Part shown: one piece after another, positions 1 to 12,262 of the stretch | How the letters are laid out: each line of letters begins with the position of its first letter | Position numbering within the stretch: position 1 is the stretch's first letter | From: Azolla caroliniana | Lineage: Eukaryota; Plantae; Polypodiophyta | Reading direction: 5' to 3' | NCBI GenBank assembly: GCA_043228905.1 | Contig: JBHGNT010000270.1 | Coordinates: forward strand, 1-42,155 | Length of the DNA stretch: 42,155 nucleotides | The notes under the pieces: model-generated | The model's database searches: none | Told to the model about the DNA's origin: nothing | The model's input: the letters and a program-made list of their open reading frames with translations, nothing else | Program-made: the position numbers and the translations under genes

Positions 1-3000
1 ATCATCATCAACACCACCACCACCACCATTTTTAGAGCTGCCCTAACCCCATGTAACCCCCCTACTACACTCCTACTACCAATGTGCACCTTGTAAGCCT
101 CAGGATTAGCCATATGTTTCTAAACTATTTTGCCTTGTTTTAGTAACTACTCTTATTAGATTGACACTATCACTCCACTAACCTTAGTTACCAACTTTAG
201 TAGAACTACCATAAATGCATGTCGTTACAATGAAAGGTTTGCTATTGTGTCCCAATATTTATATGCGTGTAGGTTATGTCTCCCACCAACTCATTATTAA
301 GTTTGATTGTGACATTGGGAGAAAAAATCTGTTAGCGTTTCTATTTAACCCAAGCGATGGCCTTTTCCTTGCTCTTCTTATTGGCTTTATACACATTTTA
401 TCTTCGAGTGTCATATTCTTCCGCACTACTAATAAAGACTCTTCCAAAGGAGATTATTTACATTGAGAATGCTTACTTTCTTGTTGTGCTTTCAATTAAT
501 AAATTAAATACAAAGGTAAAATTATTCTCACACGATGGTATATTTATGTTTTCCGATAAAGATTCATGAGCCATGTATGGATCTAATCATACCAATTCTA
601 AACCAACAATTAAGATTTTGAGCATTTTTGAACCTTACAATCACTAGGTTGGAGAAACCTTCGTCTACAACACATTTTACTTTTAAGTGGCAAATTATTC
701 CACACTAAAGTAAAGAAATCCCTACAAGAACTTGGAACTCTTACTTTCTTGTATGCTTTCAATTTTGGCTCCATTCATGACACAAGGGTAAGACCATGTT
801 ATATTGGCCTTGTGTTTGATCAATAATAACCTTCATATGATATTCATATATTTTGTTTGAAATGTGGATTGTGAATTCTTCCTTAACCCTAATATTTAAG
901 AATAGTCACATGTAAGTTCTAATCATAAACATGCTTCCATCATGGTGCACATCTCAATATGCTTTATATATATGCTTGCTTCTGTGTCAAACCCCATGTC
1001 AATTGATGAGAGCCTCTCAATTTCTAGGAGAGAGTTCTACATCTCTATAGGAGAGATGTCTCTATTTTGAGGGTTGAGAGAGAGGGAGAGAATTTTGATT
1101 AACTAGAGGCATAGAGAGAATTATGATTTTAGAGACAATAAGATCTAGATAAGTGTATTAATATGTCTAAAGACTATGCCATGAAAAAAATATAAATAAA
1201 ATTTAACTAACATTAAATAAACATAAAAAATGAGGAAAGATTGATCATATCGATAAACCGATCCCAAACCCTAAATTATTCATTTCAAAAATTGTACGTT
1301 GCATTTGAGGAATCTTTAAGGAAACCTTGGATGCTCCCAATGAACTTTATCTTTATCGAATGTCTAAATATTTCATTATATTATTTACATTCACATGAAA
1401 ACTTGTACACACTTATAACAAAGCACATACACAATTACACAATAGATACTAATAACTATTACACATATATATACACAAACTCACAACTTCGCATATTGAT
1501 GTACACCAATAATTGCATATAATATATATATATATATTATATCTAACCACATGCACTCTTGCAACATAAAGAAACGGCACACTACACATGGAGCATGAAC
1601 TAGGAGAAAGGAACTTCAAGAAGTGCGACTAAATGCTAGCTTATCTATTAACTCCAAGGAACCCTCTTGGCATATGCTACAAAAACCTTCTTCCCTAGTA
1701 GAGGACATCGGTGGTCTCACTCTACATTTCACATGCATCTATGAATTTCGTGAGAACTTTATTACTGTTCCGACCATTATAAAAGAGAAACCAACAATGA
1801 ACTACGAGATTCAATGCCCCACCTCCCAGTGTGACTTAGACGAACCAACAAATGATTTCATCAATCTTTCAAATAGACTTTAGTTATTAGTACCTAAAAT
1901 GTTACTAGCATAACTTGGTGGTCAATCTATCTTTGTAAGAAGGACCACTTGTGAGTGTGTTCGGGTTACAAACCTTGTCAAGTCTGTAGCAACCATAGTC
2001 TACATTTGTGGGCCTACCATAGAATCTTACTTTATCATCACTATAGAACAAGCATTAGACAAACTGTGGCATTATCCCATGCCTAAGAAGTTGCCAACCC
2101 ATGATTAATCAAATCGTAAGTTTTGGTTTTTTGTTAGTTCAACAGTGAGGAGAATACAAAATGAATGGGAAGTAATTAGAGGCAACATGGGAAGAGAGCG
2201 AAAGAAGTTAAAGACAGAAAGTATGAATTGTATTAGTAATTACCTGGAAAATGGAGTGAGATGTTGGCTCCGAATCTTGTTATCTGTACATGTAAGATTC
2301 TTACATCAAATGGATTGTAATTTTTGTTTCCAAAAGGTCTAGCAAAGAGGGATCCAAAATAGGGAAGCTCTCATTATGGCTAGAGAGAATGCCCTTTATC
2401 TATTGATGACAAATATTATGGATTGAAGTAATGATGAGCAAAAGAATAAGAGACTAAGAAGAAGACCAGACTGAAGTTGCTTAACCATACCAACCACCCC
2501 CAATTGAAGGATAAGAAGAAGACCAGATTGAAGTTGCTTTGCAATGACGAATCAAAATCAAGAAAATTGGATTAAGAAAGTGCTCTTTCTCCCAAATGAA
2601 ATCACATACAATTCAATCCAACCATTTCATTTTGAATTCTCGAATTTGTTTAGTTTTTTTTTTCATAAAAAACTATCCTCCATTGGTATTAAAATTAAAG
2701 TAGGCAATATACAAGATAATCCAATATTACAACAAATATTGTATAGCCATGTCGAAAGATGAGTCTTACCATGGAGAGATGATGAATTATCACAATGTTG
2801 TATTCAAAAAAACATATATGGCCAACATTTATAGCACAACCAATGTTTGACAAAGACACATCACAAACATGATCCTGTCTTTTAAAACCTTTCCTTTCTC
2901 CTTCTAGCCGGCTGCGGTTGGATCTCCAATCAGACCCAAGAAATCATCTTTTATAGTTCCAATACAAAACTGCAGAAAATGTAAAGAGTTCTTAGATTTT

Positions 3001-3587
3001 CGTAATTGATCAACTTTAGTCATCCACAACATCGAGTATGTCTGGTGAAAATTTATAAATTTTATAATCAATGTCCACAAGATTGAAAGTGAAAGAATAG
3101 GATATAGCCTGCCTTATGGCAGGAAAAACAAAAAAAGTCTTTATTATGAAACCATTGCTAACATATCAAAACAAATGTGACTACGGATCTCAAATAATGT
3201 GATCAATATCTTACAATAGAAAAGTTTATAGAAATACAAATGTCATATTTATGAACTCCACAAACTTAGAGACTACTTTAATAACACTATCGAATAAGCT
3301 TATGAAAATTTTTAAAAACTGCCAAATGTTTCGAAAATTTTTTTAGTGCTAAGAAGTCCATACTTATGCTTTTAGTGTTCTTCCTCTTACACAGCCATTT
3401 TTCCACCCAATTTTCTTATTTTAGCAGTTTTAAATCAGAAGGCCTAAACTTCTTGAGGGAGATGAAACACCAGGCAAACCACAAATTTAGCTAATTTCTT
3501 AACACCAGAGAAATATCGTATAAACAAATGAGAAATTCAGGTTTTCTAAGACACTGTTTCACATCCAAGAAGCTACCTTTACTACCT

Positions 3588-4340
3588 TTACGGCCACAAA
3601 TATCTACAATCAGGTTTCTTATGACCTTTAAGGCCACACTGATAGCATGTGATATCTTGTTGCTTTCCTTTCCCTCTACTCTTCCTTCTATTTCTTTGTC
3701 CTACATTTGGGTTCCTCTTATCATATCCCCCCCTAATATTGTATGTTGAACCACTACCTTCTCCGCTAGATTGTCTTCTAATCTCTTCACTGAGAATAGA
3801 GCCCCCCACACCATCGAAGGTCGCGGTGGGGCTATGAGATAGTGAAACAACTAATGTTTCCCGAGAATCGGGTAAAGTCATAAGTAGGAAGATAGCTTTG
3901 AGCTTGTCATCAAAAGCTAGTAAACCTGAATCTTGTAGTTGGGAGAGAGTACTTGTGAATAACGATAGATGCTCTGTTGCACCTTTCAACTCATCAAGCC
4001 TTATACTGACAAGTTTTCTCATCAAATGCACCTGATTCACAGGAGTAGTATTCTCATAAGTTTTCCTAAGTTTCTCCCAAACTTGATGGTCAATAATCAA
4101 GCCCTTTATATCTACAAGAATTTCATCAAAAACAGCCATTTTAATATATGTAATGGCTTTCTTATTCAGAGTGTTCCAAGCATCATTTTCCATGCTCTCT
4201 GGTTTCTTTTCCACGAGAGCATCTTCACAATCTCTCAGAAAGGGGATGCCCAGCATACACTCTTTCCATAATTCGAAACCTTTTCCATCAAATCTCTTGA
4301 TTTCAAAGAGGTTTTTCACTTCAGTCAAAGTGGAGGCCAT
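3588..4340 (-). pseudogene. Truncated Ty1/Copia gag (Tnt1/Tork-like) with CCHC zinc knuckle; pol absent
   Basis: ORF 3588..4349(-): FEIKRFDGKGFELWKECM, LLMTLPDSRETLVVSL, ILSEEIRR, CYQCGLKGHKKPDC. Similarity stops right after the knuckle; no protease motif follows. Confidence 0.85.
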
Positions 4341-4519
4341 TGCTCCCAAGATTTATGACAGATGCCTTCAGAAAATTGAGCAGAATACCAATAGGAAAGG
4401 GTCTGGGAGAATTTTTTTAAAGAAAAAACTGTGTTTTTTGCTGATTCTGAATCTAAGAAAAAACAGCAAATTAAAGGAAAGAGATTTGGCACACAGAATT
4501 TTGGTGTACCCAACCGCCT

Positions 4520-4678
4520 TGATTGGTACACAAGAAAAAAAAAAGGTTATTATATTAGTTAGCCCTACAAACAAAGAGGTGTGTTCACATTACAAAGGAG
4601 GTGTCCTGTCCAGGTGAACAATGTGTTCACATATACGAATATCTACTTAATGTGAACTACGGGCCTTTACACCTAACA
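4520..4678 (-). mobile_element. Probable 5' LTR remnant of the truncated Copia
   Basis: Lies upstream of gag on the minus strand and reads TGTTAGGTGT... from 4678. PBS is not cleanly recognisable and there is no second LTR, so boundaries are uncertain. Confidence 0.3.
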
Positions 4679-5499
4679 AAGTTAAGAGCTTGGGTTTTAG
4701 GCCTCATGCAAATATTAGCACATAGAAAATATACTCCAAGAATGAGTTATATTAAACTCGAGGCAAGCTATTATAACCATATTTTCGTTGAGCAATCCAT
4801 TAGCAGAGAATCTTGGATATTTCAATACAAAAAAGTGCAAATTAGAACAAAGATTACGGGCTCATGCCCTCAATTTGACATAATATTAATTTTCAAAGAA
4901 CAATACATTTGTCAACCTACCAACGCAGCTTCTTGTTTCATCAACTTGTGGTTATACATATAAAATCCAAAACCCCAACATTGATTTCAACGGTGGGATC
5001 TTAGCTTCTTAAATATATTATGCAATCTTAGTCGATATTTAGATATTTGACCTAGCACACTTGTAAATTCACAATGTCAATGTTCCCATAAATACTTCCC
5101 ACTAAGCAATCAGCTTCTTGACAACCTTTTAAGCATTGTGCCAATGCCCATTTTCTGCATGATGTGATTACCCACATGCCAAGAGTCTTATTTTGTGCCT
5201 TCATAAGGTTCAATCTACACTTTAATGATGGCCATTTGTTGGAGAATACTCCTTGCCTTCTAAGTATATTTGTGTATACCTTTAGCAATACTATTAAATT
5301 TCAATCTATTTCTTTTGTTCTTAAAAAAAACACATTCTCATTTTTTTGGGCCATATGTACAAGACAGAAAAACAAAGAACAGAGAACAGATTCAAACAGA
5401 GAGGAAAAACAGATAGAAAAGAGAGAGAATTCATAAACAAAGAAAGAAAAGCAGACAATATACATACTACAGCAGATGTCGTGCTACCATTGAGAAGCG

Positions 5500-5765
5500 G
5501 CAAGAAATAGCGCGCGAGCAAGCAAGCACTGGTGGGCAACGAGCAAGGAACAAGTAACAAGGAACAACGCAAAGAAGAAGGAACAGGGATAAGGAGCAGG
5601 GAGAAAGAAAACACTGTGTATGTTTTTCTAATCTATATGTATATAGATAGCCGGTTCGGGTGCATAAAATATGAACCGGCTAGCCGGTAAACCGGTTCAT
5701 GGTGGCCTGCAAAATGTCCCAATTCAGCCAGAACGTCACTCTTCCTGAGACTCTGCCCAACACTG
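5500..5765. mobile_element. Right end (TIR plus subterminal region) of hAT-like element A; left end not found in window
   Basis: TIR GACTCTGCCCAACACTG at 5749-5765. Subterminal blocks (GCAACGAGCAA.GAACA, CCGGTTC..AAAATATGAACC.GCTAG, AAATGT.CCAAT, TCACT.TTCCTG.GACT) parallel those at 8200-8516. Confidence 0.7.
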
Positions 5766-5796
5766 CGAGTCTATGCGTAAGGCATATACATATGAG

Positions 5797-8516
5797 CAGT
5801 GTTGGGCAAAGTCTCTAGCCCCTACTGGAAATTTTCCTGCTTCTTATGATCCTAATTGGAACATAAAATTTTTAACCGGCCACTTTCCTACAAGCAATAA
5901 TGTCAACCGAAACATGTTGAATTTTCTTTTCTTGCGCATACCAAATAATAAAAAAATCAGCGCATACCAAATCAAATAATCAACCAGAACAACTACATCA
6001 ATCACTCTAGTCAAACGCTTATCAAGTTTAAAGAATTAAACAATGGACAAAAAATTGTTTGGCCCGTGACGATGATTATAATTGAAATTCTCTATAGGTC
6101 ACATCTTCTTTCATTGGAACTAACCATAATGAAATATAGTATGGGAGCATAATTTTTGGGATCTCTATATGCCATGACGATTATTCTCTTCCATAAACCA
6201 CTTGACTAAGTTTGCAGATTAACAAGATTCATAATATTTGGTTAATTGAATGCAGATATGGATATACAAATGCTTGTTAACAATCTTCCATAATCACCAA
6301 ATTTGTTTTTAACTCTAGGGTTTGCCCTAACCGAGATTTTCATTCTCAGTCTCTTGTGCAACATTATGATAGAGAAGAAGGATGTTGTTGTATTTGCCAG
6401 GAATGCCATGACCATTACTAATGATAATTCATGGTCGTCATCATCATCATGGTAACCAATGGCATATTCATGGCCGATTTTCATAACCTCTGAAGGATTG
6501 GGTGGAAGATCAAGGAGCAAATCTATGCTATTGGGTGGCACCAAGACACCTCATGATGGGCAGCAGTGGCATGATGATGACACCACCATCATCATCATCA
6601 TCGGCATCACAATCATCATGAATAATGTCAAGTCCAAGGTCATCTTCATTTCTATCCATTGATTCATCTACTATCCATTACGAATTATGTGTTCCTTCTA
6701 GTCATTGCAGGTCGAATGTTGTTACTTCCAATACCATCACCACCACTAATACTAGTACTAATATTGACCCTCGCTATAGAGTAGATAAACAATTGGTTCC
6801 AACAAGCCCCAACCCTCTCCATAACTAATTATCATATCTAACCCAACCTCATCCTTACACAATCTCCTCCCTAAAATGCATCAATCATATCCTCTCCTAA
6901 TGCTTATCATCATCCATGGCAAATTATTTATTTTGACATTGGCTATCATGACCACAAGGCTCTGTCTCTCTCTTTCTCAGAGGAGTTTGAAGATGATATG
7001 CATGTTATTGATCCAATGCCACAACATCGTGTCAAGATGACCACCATTGGTTTTTTAATGGCTTGGTGTTGAAGCATGTACGATGGGGATCAGATCCATC
7101 AATATATATCATCGTTCTCTAACCCAGATCAAAAGAAAGAAGACTCATGTCAATGTCACGCCCAAGTATGCTCCTGGAGAGTTACAATTTCTAGAATTTC
7201 AATGGATCAACATCATCGTTGAGGGTTTCTTTGATGTTTTTTTGCAACTATTGAGAGTTTTCCCTTTTCCCTTTGTTTAAGATCGAAAGAGAAATATCTT
7301 CTTAGGAATGATGAAAATAATGATCACTAAACAAAACAATTGTCTTTGACAAAAAAGAAAATCTAATATAGTTTTATTTTGATCGTTCTTTTTGTTTGTT
7401 GGCATAGGTTCTTCATCGTCTACTTTGAAGAACTAATTTTTCATTCAAAGTTTGTAGGTAGGTATGCTGCATATAATTAACTAGAACATGGAGTCCTTTT
7501 CTTCTGGTCATATTGAGCAGAAATCAAGCCATATCCATCGAAGTGGTTCACCTTTTCACATTTATGGGCAGTACTCGAGTCAAAATGTGCTTTGTTATAT
7601 CTATCAACAAATAGCATCGGCATCGGCAATATCATCATGATGATGACTTATATCATGTTGTCTCAGAAAGTTAAGTAAGGTGTTTTCCACATGCATTCCT
7701 TGTAATGACAACAACAACACTTGTGCATCATTGAGCGTATCTCTCCCATAAAAGCTGAGACTCAAGAACGTGTTTTAACATATAGAATTACAATTTGCAT
7801 ACCTTTTCAGCATCGGCAATATCATCATGATGATGACTTATATCATGTTGTCTCAGAAAGTTAAGTAAGGTGTTTTCCACATGCATTCCTTGTAATGACA
7901 ACAACAACACTTGGGCATCATTGAGCGTATCTCTCCCATAAAAGCTGAGACTCAAGAACGTGTTTTAACATATAGAATTACAATTTGCATACCTTTTCAG
8001 CATCGGCAATATCATCATGATGATGACTTATACCATGTTGTCTCAGAAAGTTAAGTAAGGTGTTTTCCACATGCATTCCTTGTAATGACAACAACAACAC
8101 TTGCGCATCATTGAGCGTATCTCTCCCATAAAAGTTGAGACTCAAGAACGTGTTTTAACATATAGAATTACAATTTGCATACCTTTACAGGGAGCTGCAG
8201 GGAGCAACGAGCAACGAACAGGCAGCAAGGGAGCTAGGAACAACGATCGATCGAGGAGAAACGAGCAGAGAGAAAGCATGTCAGAGGGTAAAAGATGAGG
8301 AAAGAGGGGTAAAGAGCTAACGAGAATGTAAACCCTAAACCATTTTTTTCTTACCCAAACCATATAACAAGCCGGTTCCCAAAATATGAACCAGCTAGGC
8401 TCTCTAGATTCCGGCTGGTGGGAAAACTTGGCCGGCCATTCCCCACCTTAGCAGGCAAATGTTCCAATGCAACCGGAACTTTTGGTTCACTGTTCCTGTG
8501 ACTTTGCCCAACAGTG
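5797..8516. mobile_element. Non-autonomous hAT-superfamily DNA transposon (element B), 2720 bp
   Basis: TIRs CAGTGTTGGGCAAAGTC (5797-5813) and GACTTTGCCCAACAGTG (8500-8516; 16/17 match). Perfect 8-bp TSD CATATGAG at 5789-5796 and 8517-8524. An 8-bp TSD with short CAG-starting TIRs is typical of hAT. No intact transposase ORF. Confidence 0.85.
7621..8190. repeat. Tandem array, 3 x 190 bp, near-identical
   Basis: Unit CATCGGCAATATCATCATGATG...TTTGCATACCTTT(T/A)CAG starts at 7621, 7811 and 8001, with only a few substitutions between copies. Confidence 0.97.
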
Positions 8517-8719
8517 CATATGAGCTCAACCTTCTAGCAACCCAAACCATATAACAAGCCGGTTCCCAAAATATGAACCAGTTAGGCTAGATTCCGGTTG
8601 GTGGGAAAACTTGGCCAACCATTCCCCACCTTAGCAGGCAGATGTTCCAACGCAACCAGAACTTTTGGTTCACTGTTCCTGTGACTTTGCCCAACATTGC
8701 ATATGAGCTCAACCTTCTA
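8353..8719. repeat. Tandem duplication (~180 bp x2) of the hAT right end, including TIR, TSD and 12 bp of flank
   Basis: ACCCAAACCATATAACAAGCC...CATATGAGCTCAACCTTCTA at 8353-8536 and 8540-8719. Second TIR copy at 8683-8699 is followed again by CATATGAG. Confidence 0.95.
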
Positions 8720-9260
8720 TAGGTGGTGTCTTTTAAGTATTATATCACTTAAGTTATCACTCCTCAAACTATGTCATCATATCTTGAATGAAATGCACTC
8801 TATGCCGAGGAGCATGTGAAGAGCAAGTGATATTCATCCCTTGACATGCCTTCACCGCATACTTTTTTTTACATGCCCTCAATTTGGTTACGTTTTGATA
8901 CCATGATGCAACAACAATACCTACCTTGTGAGATCGAGTGCAACATAGTGCAAGGGCTCTACGAGCATCACTACTCATATTGGTACTGAGATAAGGTTGA
9001 ATAAGATCAACATGTATTCTTGCCTTATATTAAGACCAACATTAAGGGATGCCATTTGCAATGTACTATTCTAGCTTTGTCCTCTTAGCATCTTCCCATT
9101 TCATTCTTAATGATTCCAACAACCTTTCCTCGATCATTACATAGTGCATAGCATTGCCTAAAAGCTCTAAAAGATCATACACGCACCATCTTTGGAACCA
9201 TTTTCTTATGTCAACAAACCCAACCGGATGAGCGAATTTTACCCTTATGATTCTTTTGTA
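8720..9260 (-). pseudogene. Degraded non-LTR retrotransposon (LINE) ORF2 C-terminal region
   Basis: Minus-strand pieces IRKWFQRW..., KWEDAKRTKLE*Y, RRALALCCTRSHK.GI..., then in a shifted frame CGEGMSRDEYHLLFTCSSA*SAFHSRYDDI. These match the R-x-S-H ... C-x2-C ... ED-E-x-H-x4-C cysteine-rich tail of LINE ORF2. Confidence 0.55.
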
Positions 9261-12138
9261 ACTTACATCTAACATTCCAAGCAAGTTATAGTAATCAATG
9301 ATGTGGTATATTCTTGACTTTTGCAATGTATCTATATACTCAAAGAAAAAGAAGCTCTTGCAAAAGGAAACTCGACATGAAGATAAATTCCTTTTAAAAT
9401 AGACAGTCAATAAGAATGTAAAAAGTGAATACCTTGAAGAAGATAAGTTTCATAAAGAGTGTAAGATAATAAGTACCCCAAAGAGTGTAGGTACTACAAG
9501 ACGGGGTTCGTCTTGGATAGAATATACCTTAGCCGCACCCATGTTTTCTTTATAAGATGCAACCAACTCCAATCTCACTATTCGTTAGAATAGCTCTCAC
9601 TAAACCCTAAACATAGAAAGATATGTTGATCATGTTGAAGAAAGCCTAACACATAACCGTGTTTATAATTTTGTTACACAATCATGGAGAGGTGGGTGTT
9701 CAAGCCATAACAAAGGTGCCACAAACAAAAGCCTTCTTCAATTATCCATCCTTACCATCCTAAACATTCCAAATACCTTTCAGTACATTGAATGAGGCAA
9801 TGAGTTCCTCTAATTAATAAGTAATCCAGATGAACATTACGAGATAATGTGTGGATGTGAACATTGTATATTGGTAGGAACATTACAAGATGGTATTGGT
9901 AAGAAATTTCTGATATAGAATATATATACCAGATATAATGGACAACAATACAGAACTTACTGGGCGGAATTATTGAATAAGTCCTTTAGGTCTCTTCTCA
10001 GCTCCTGGTTGGTGTTTTCTAGATCGAGTAAAGCCTTTAGAGAATAAACGAGTTAAGCAGACCAAAAACGGAAATTTTAATCGTGTCATCAAAATATAAA
10101 ATCTAATGTATCCTTTACATGGCAACTAGCTAAAAAAAAAAAAGATTTGATTTTGTAAATTTAGATCAATGAAAAAAAAGTAACTAGGAAATATCAAAAT
10201 AGCAAACAAACCAACAATTAAAGAAGCATACAATGCACGTAAGTATAAGACATGAAAAACAACAGTAGCAGTGTAGAACTACATAAAACAGTCGAGACAT
10301 TTCAGCAAATAACATTAAAGACTTGCTTTGGTGTGATTCTTTGACAAAAGCGGGAGCTTAACATGTGACCATTAACCAGGCGAAAAAAGACTCAAATTTC
10401 AAAAAAATTTGAGCAGATAGAGAACACTGGGAATTGAAAAAAATCAAAACTAGCAATAAGAAACTCAAAGATGCTCCAATTGAAAAGGACAATCCATTTG
10501 AGTAATAGGATAGTTGTTTCCTGCAGTGTTGCTAAAACTAAATGAAGTCTCTATTTCCGTTAACCTTTCACTTTATTTTGTGTTATTTGTGTGGCACAAA
10601 CTCCTATATGCAAGTGCTTTCTACGTAATGCATATGCTTTATTGCATCTGCACAACACATGATTCTGATGCAAGGCTATTGCTATGTCAATAATCTCTTT
10701 GAGCTTTACATAGAATTCTTTTTACAAGTGCATTATCGAGTCCTCATTAATGTACATGTCTTGTTTCTTATTACGGTTCACGAGTTTTGTATAGTGATTG
10801 GTATGTTAATTTGGCTCGTGAGCTTCATAAAGATACAATGTTTTTCCTCATGTACGGATGAGATATGTGGAAACTTTTGTTAAATTTGAAGCTTGTAAAT
10901 TGACCAAAAATAAATTGAGGTTATACTTCCGTGAATTGATAATTATTATTATGGAAACGTACTAGAGTTGTACATTTTACTGAAGTGTATTTGGTCGATT
11001 CTATGATGATCTTTGCATGTGGACCAATAAATTGTACGCATGGTAACTCAACCAAAGTTGACAGTGTACATTTGCAATCAGTTGGATGGATCAAATACAT
11101 GTGAGTGATGCATATGTGAAAATTGTGGCATTGGTTAAGCTATTTGATTTGGGACCATCTGTACTCTCATGCCATGGTTATGGATTCCCAAATCATTGAT
11201 ATTTCATTTTGATCATCTGTGGTGAAGGTACGCATAGACACATTAACAAGAACACTCTTATGGCAGATTTTGGTGTTTGACATGGTATTAATAAGAAAAC
11301 CCAATTAATTGGTAATGTATTCACACTTCCTTTGATTGTTGTAAGTTCTATAGAGGTAGGATATTGTGCCAATGTAAATCATCGTTATATCAGTAGCACT
11401 ACCATGTGAATGAGTTGATGTTTGTACCACACCACCAATTATAGGTGACCAGAGCAGGAAAGTCCAACATGGTAAGTTGTAACAAATATTGGAAGCAAGT
11501 TTATCCAACATGTATAGTATAGAACCACAAATGGTTGACATCTCTAGTAACACTTGTGAGAAGACTTATAGACCATGTCACTTTCACACAAACAAATTGT
11601 CTCAATATAATCATATGCCAAAAGCACTATTGGAGATACATAGATAATGTCCCTACTATATCAATGGAACACCTTATCCTAACATATGTCAATACACACC
11701 CATGAGTAGAAGAGGTGTAGACCAGTAACATTTATTAGCAAATGCATAGATCACGCCCCTTTCACACTGCAACATGCATTGATACATCTCTGAATAGAAG
11801 AGAAAATGGACCAATACCCTCACACAAATACAAGAGACCATAGACCAATAACACTTATTGAGATGCCCAACTATTCAATGTGGCATAACACATTGAATGA
11901 ATTGCTAGGACAACAAGGAGTTAATTAGCCCATCGATATCTATGATGTTTCGTATTCAATTCAATGAAGTGACTAAAATATACAAGATCATAGTGCAATA
12001 ATCACACCTCTTCAATGTACTCCCTTTTTAAGTAGTTCACTACTATAAACAACCATAATTGTGGAGTCTTGCCCCTTGGTTGATCACATGTTTCTTTGGA
12101 CCGGAGAGAGAAATGAAATGAAATGTTGCATTAATGGT

Positions 12139-12200
12139 TGTAAAGAAATGGAGTCGGTGGTGTAATGTAGCGGAAGATGAGTGTGTGTGTGTGTATCAAA

Positions 12201-12262
<62 letters not shown>

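Noticed and set aside
6242-6830. Short ORFs inside the hAT element as an intact transposase
   Set aside because: Short, low-complexity (CAT/GAT repeats), with no BED, DDE or dimerisation motif that I can recognise.
9400-11300. Host gene in the AT-rich interval
   Set aside because: No ORF or motif I could support; isolated exons cannot be excluded without RNA-seq.
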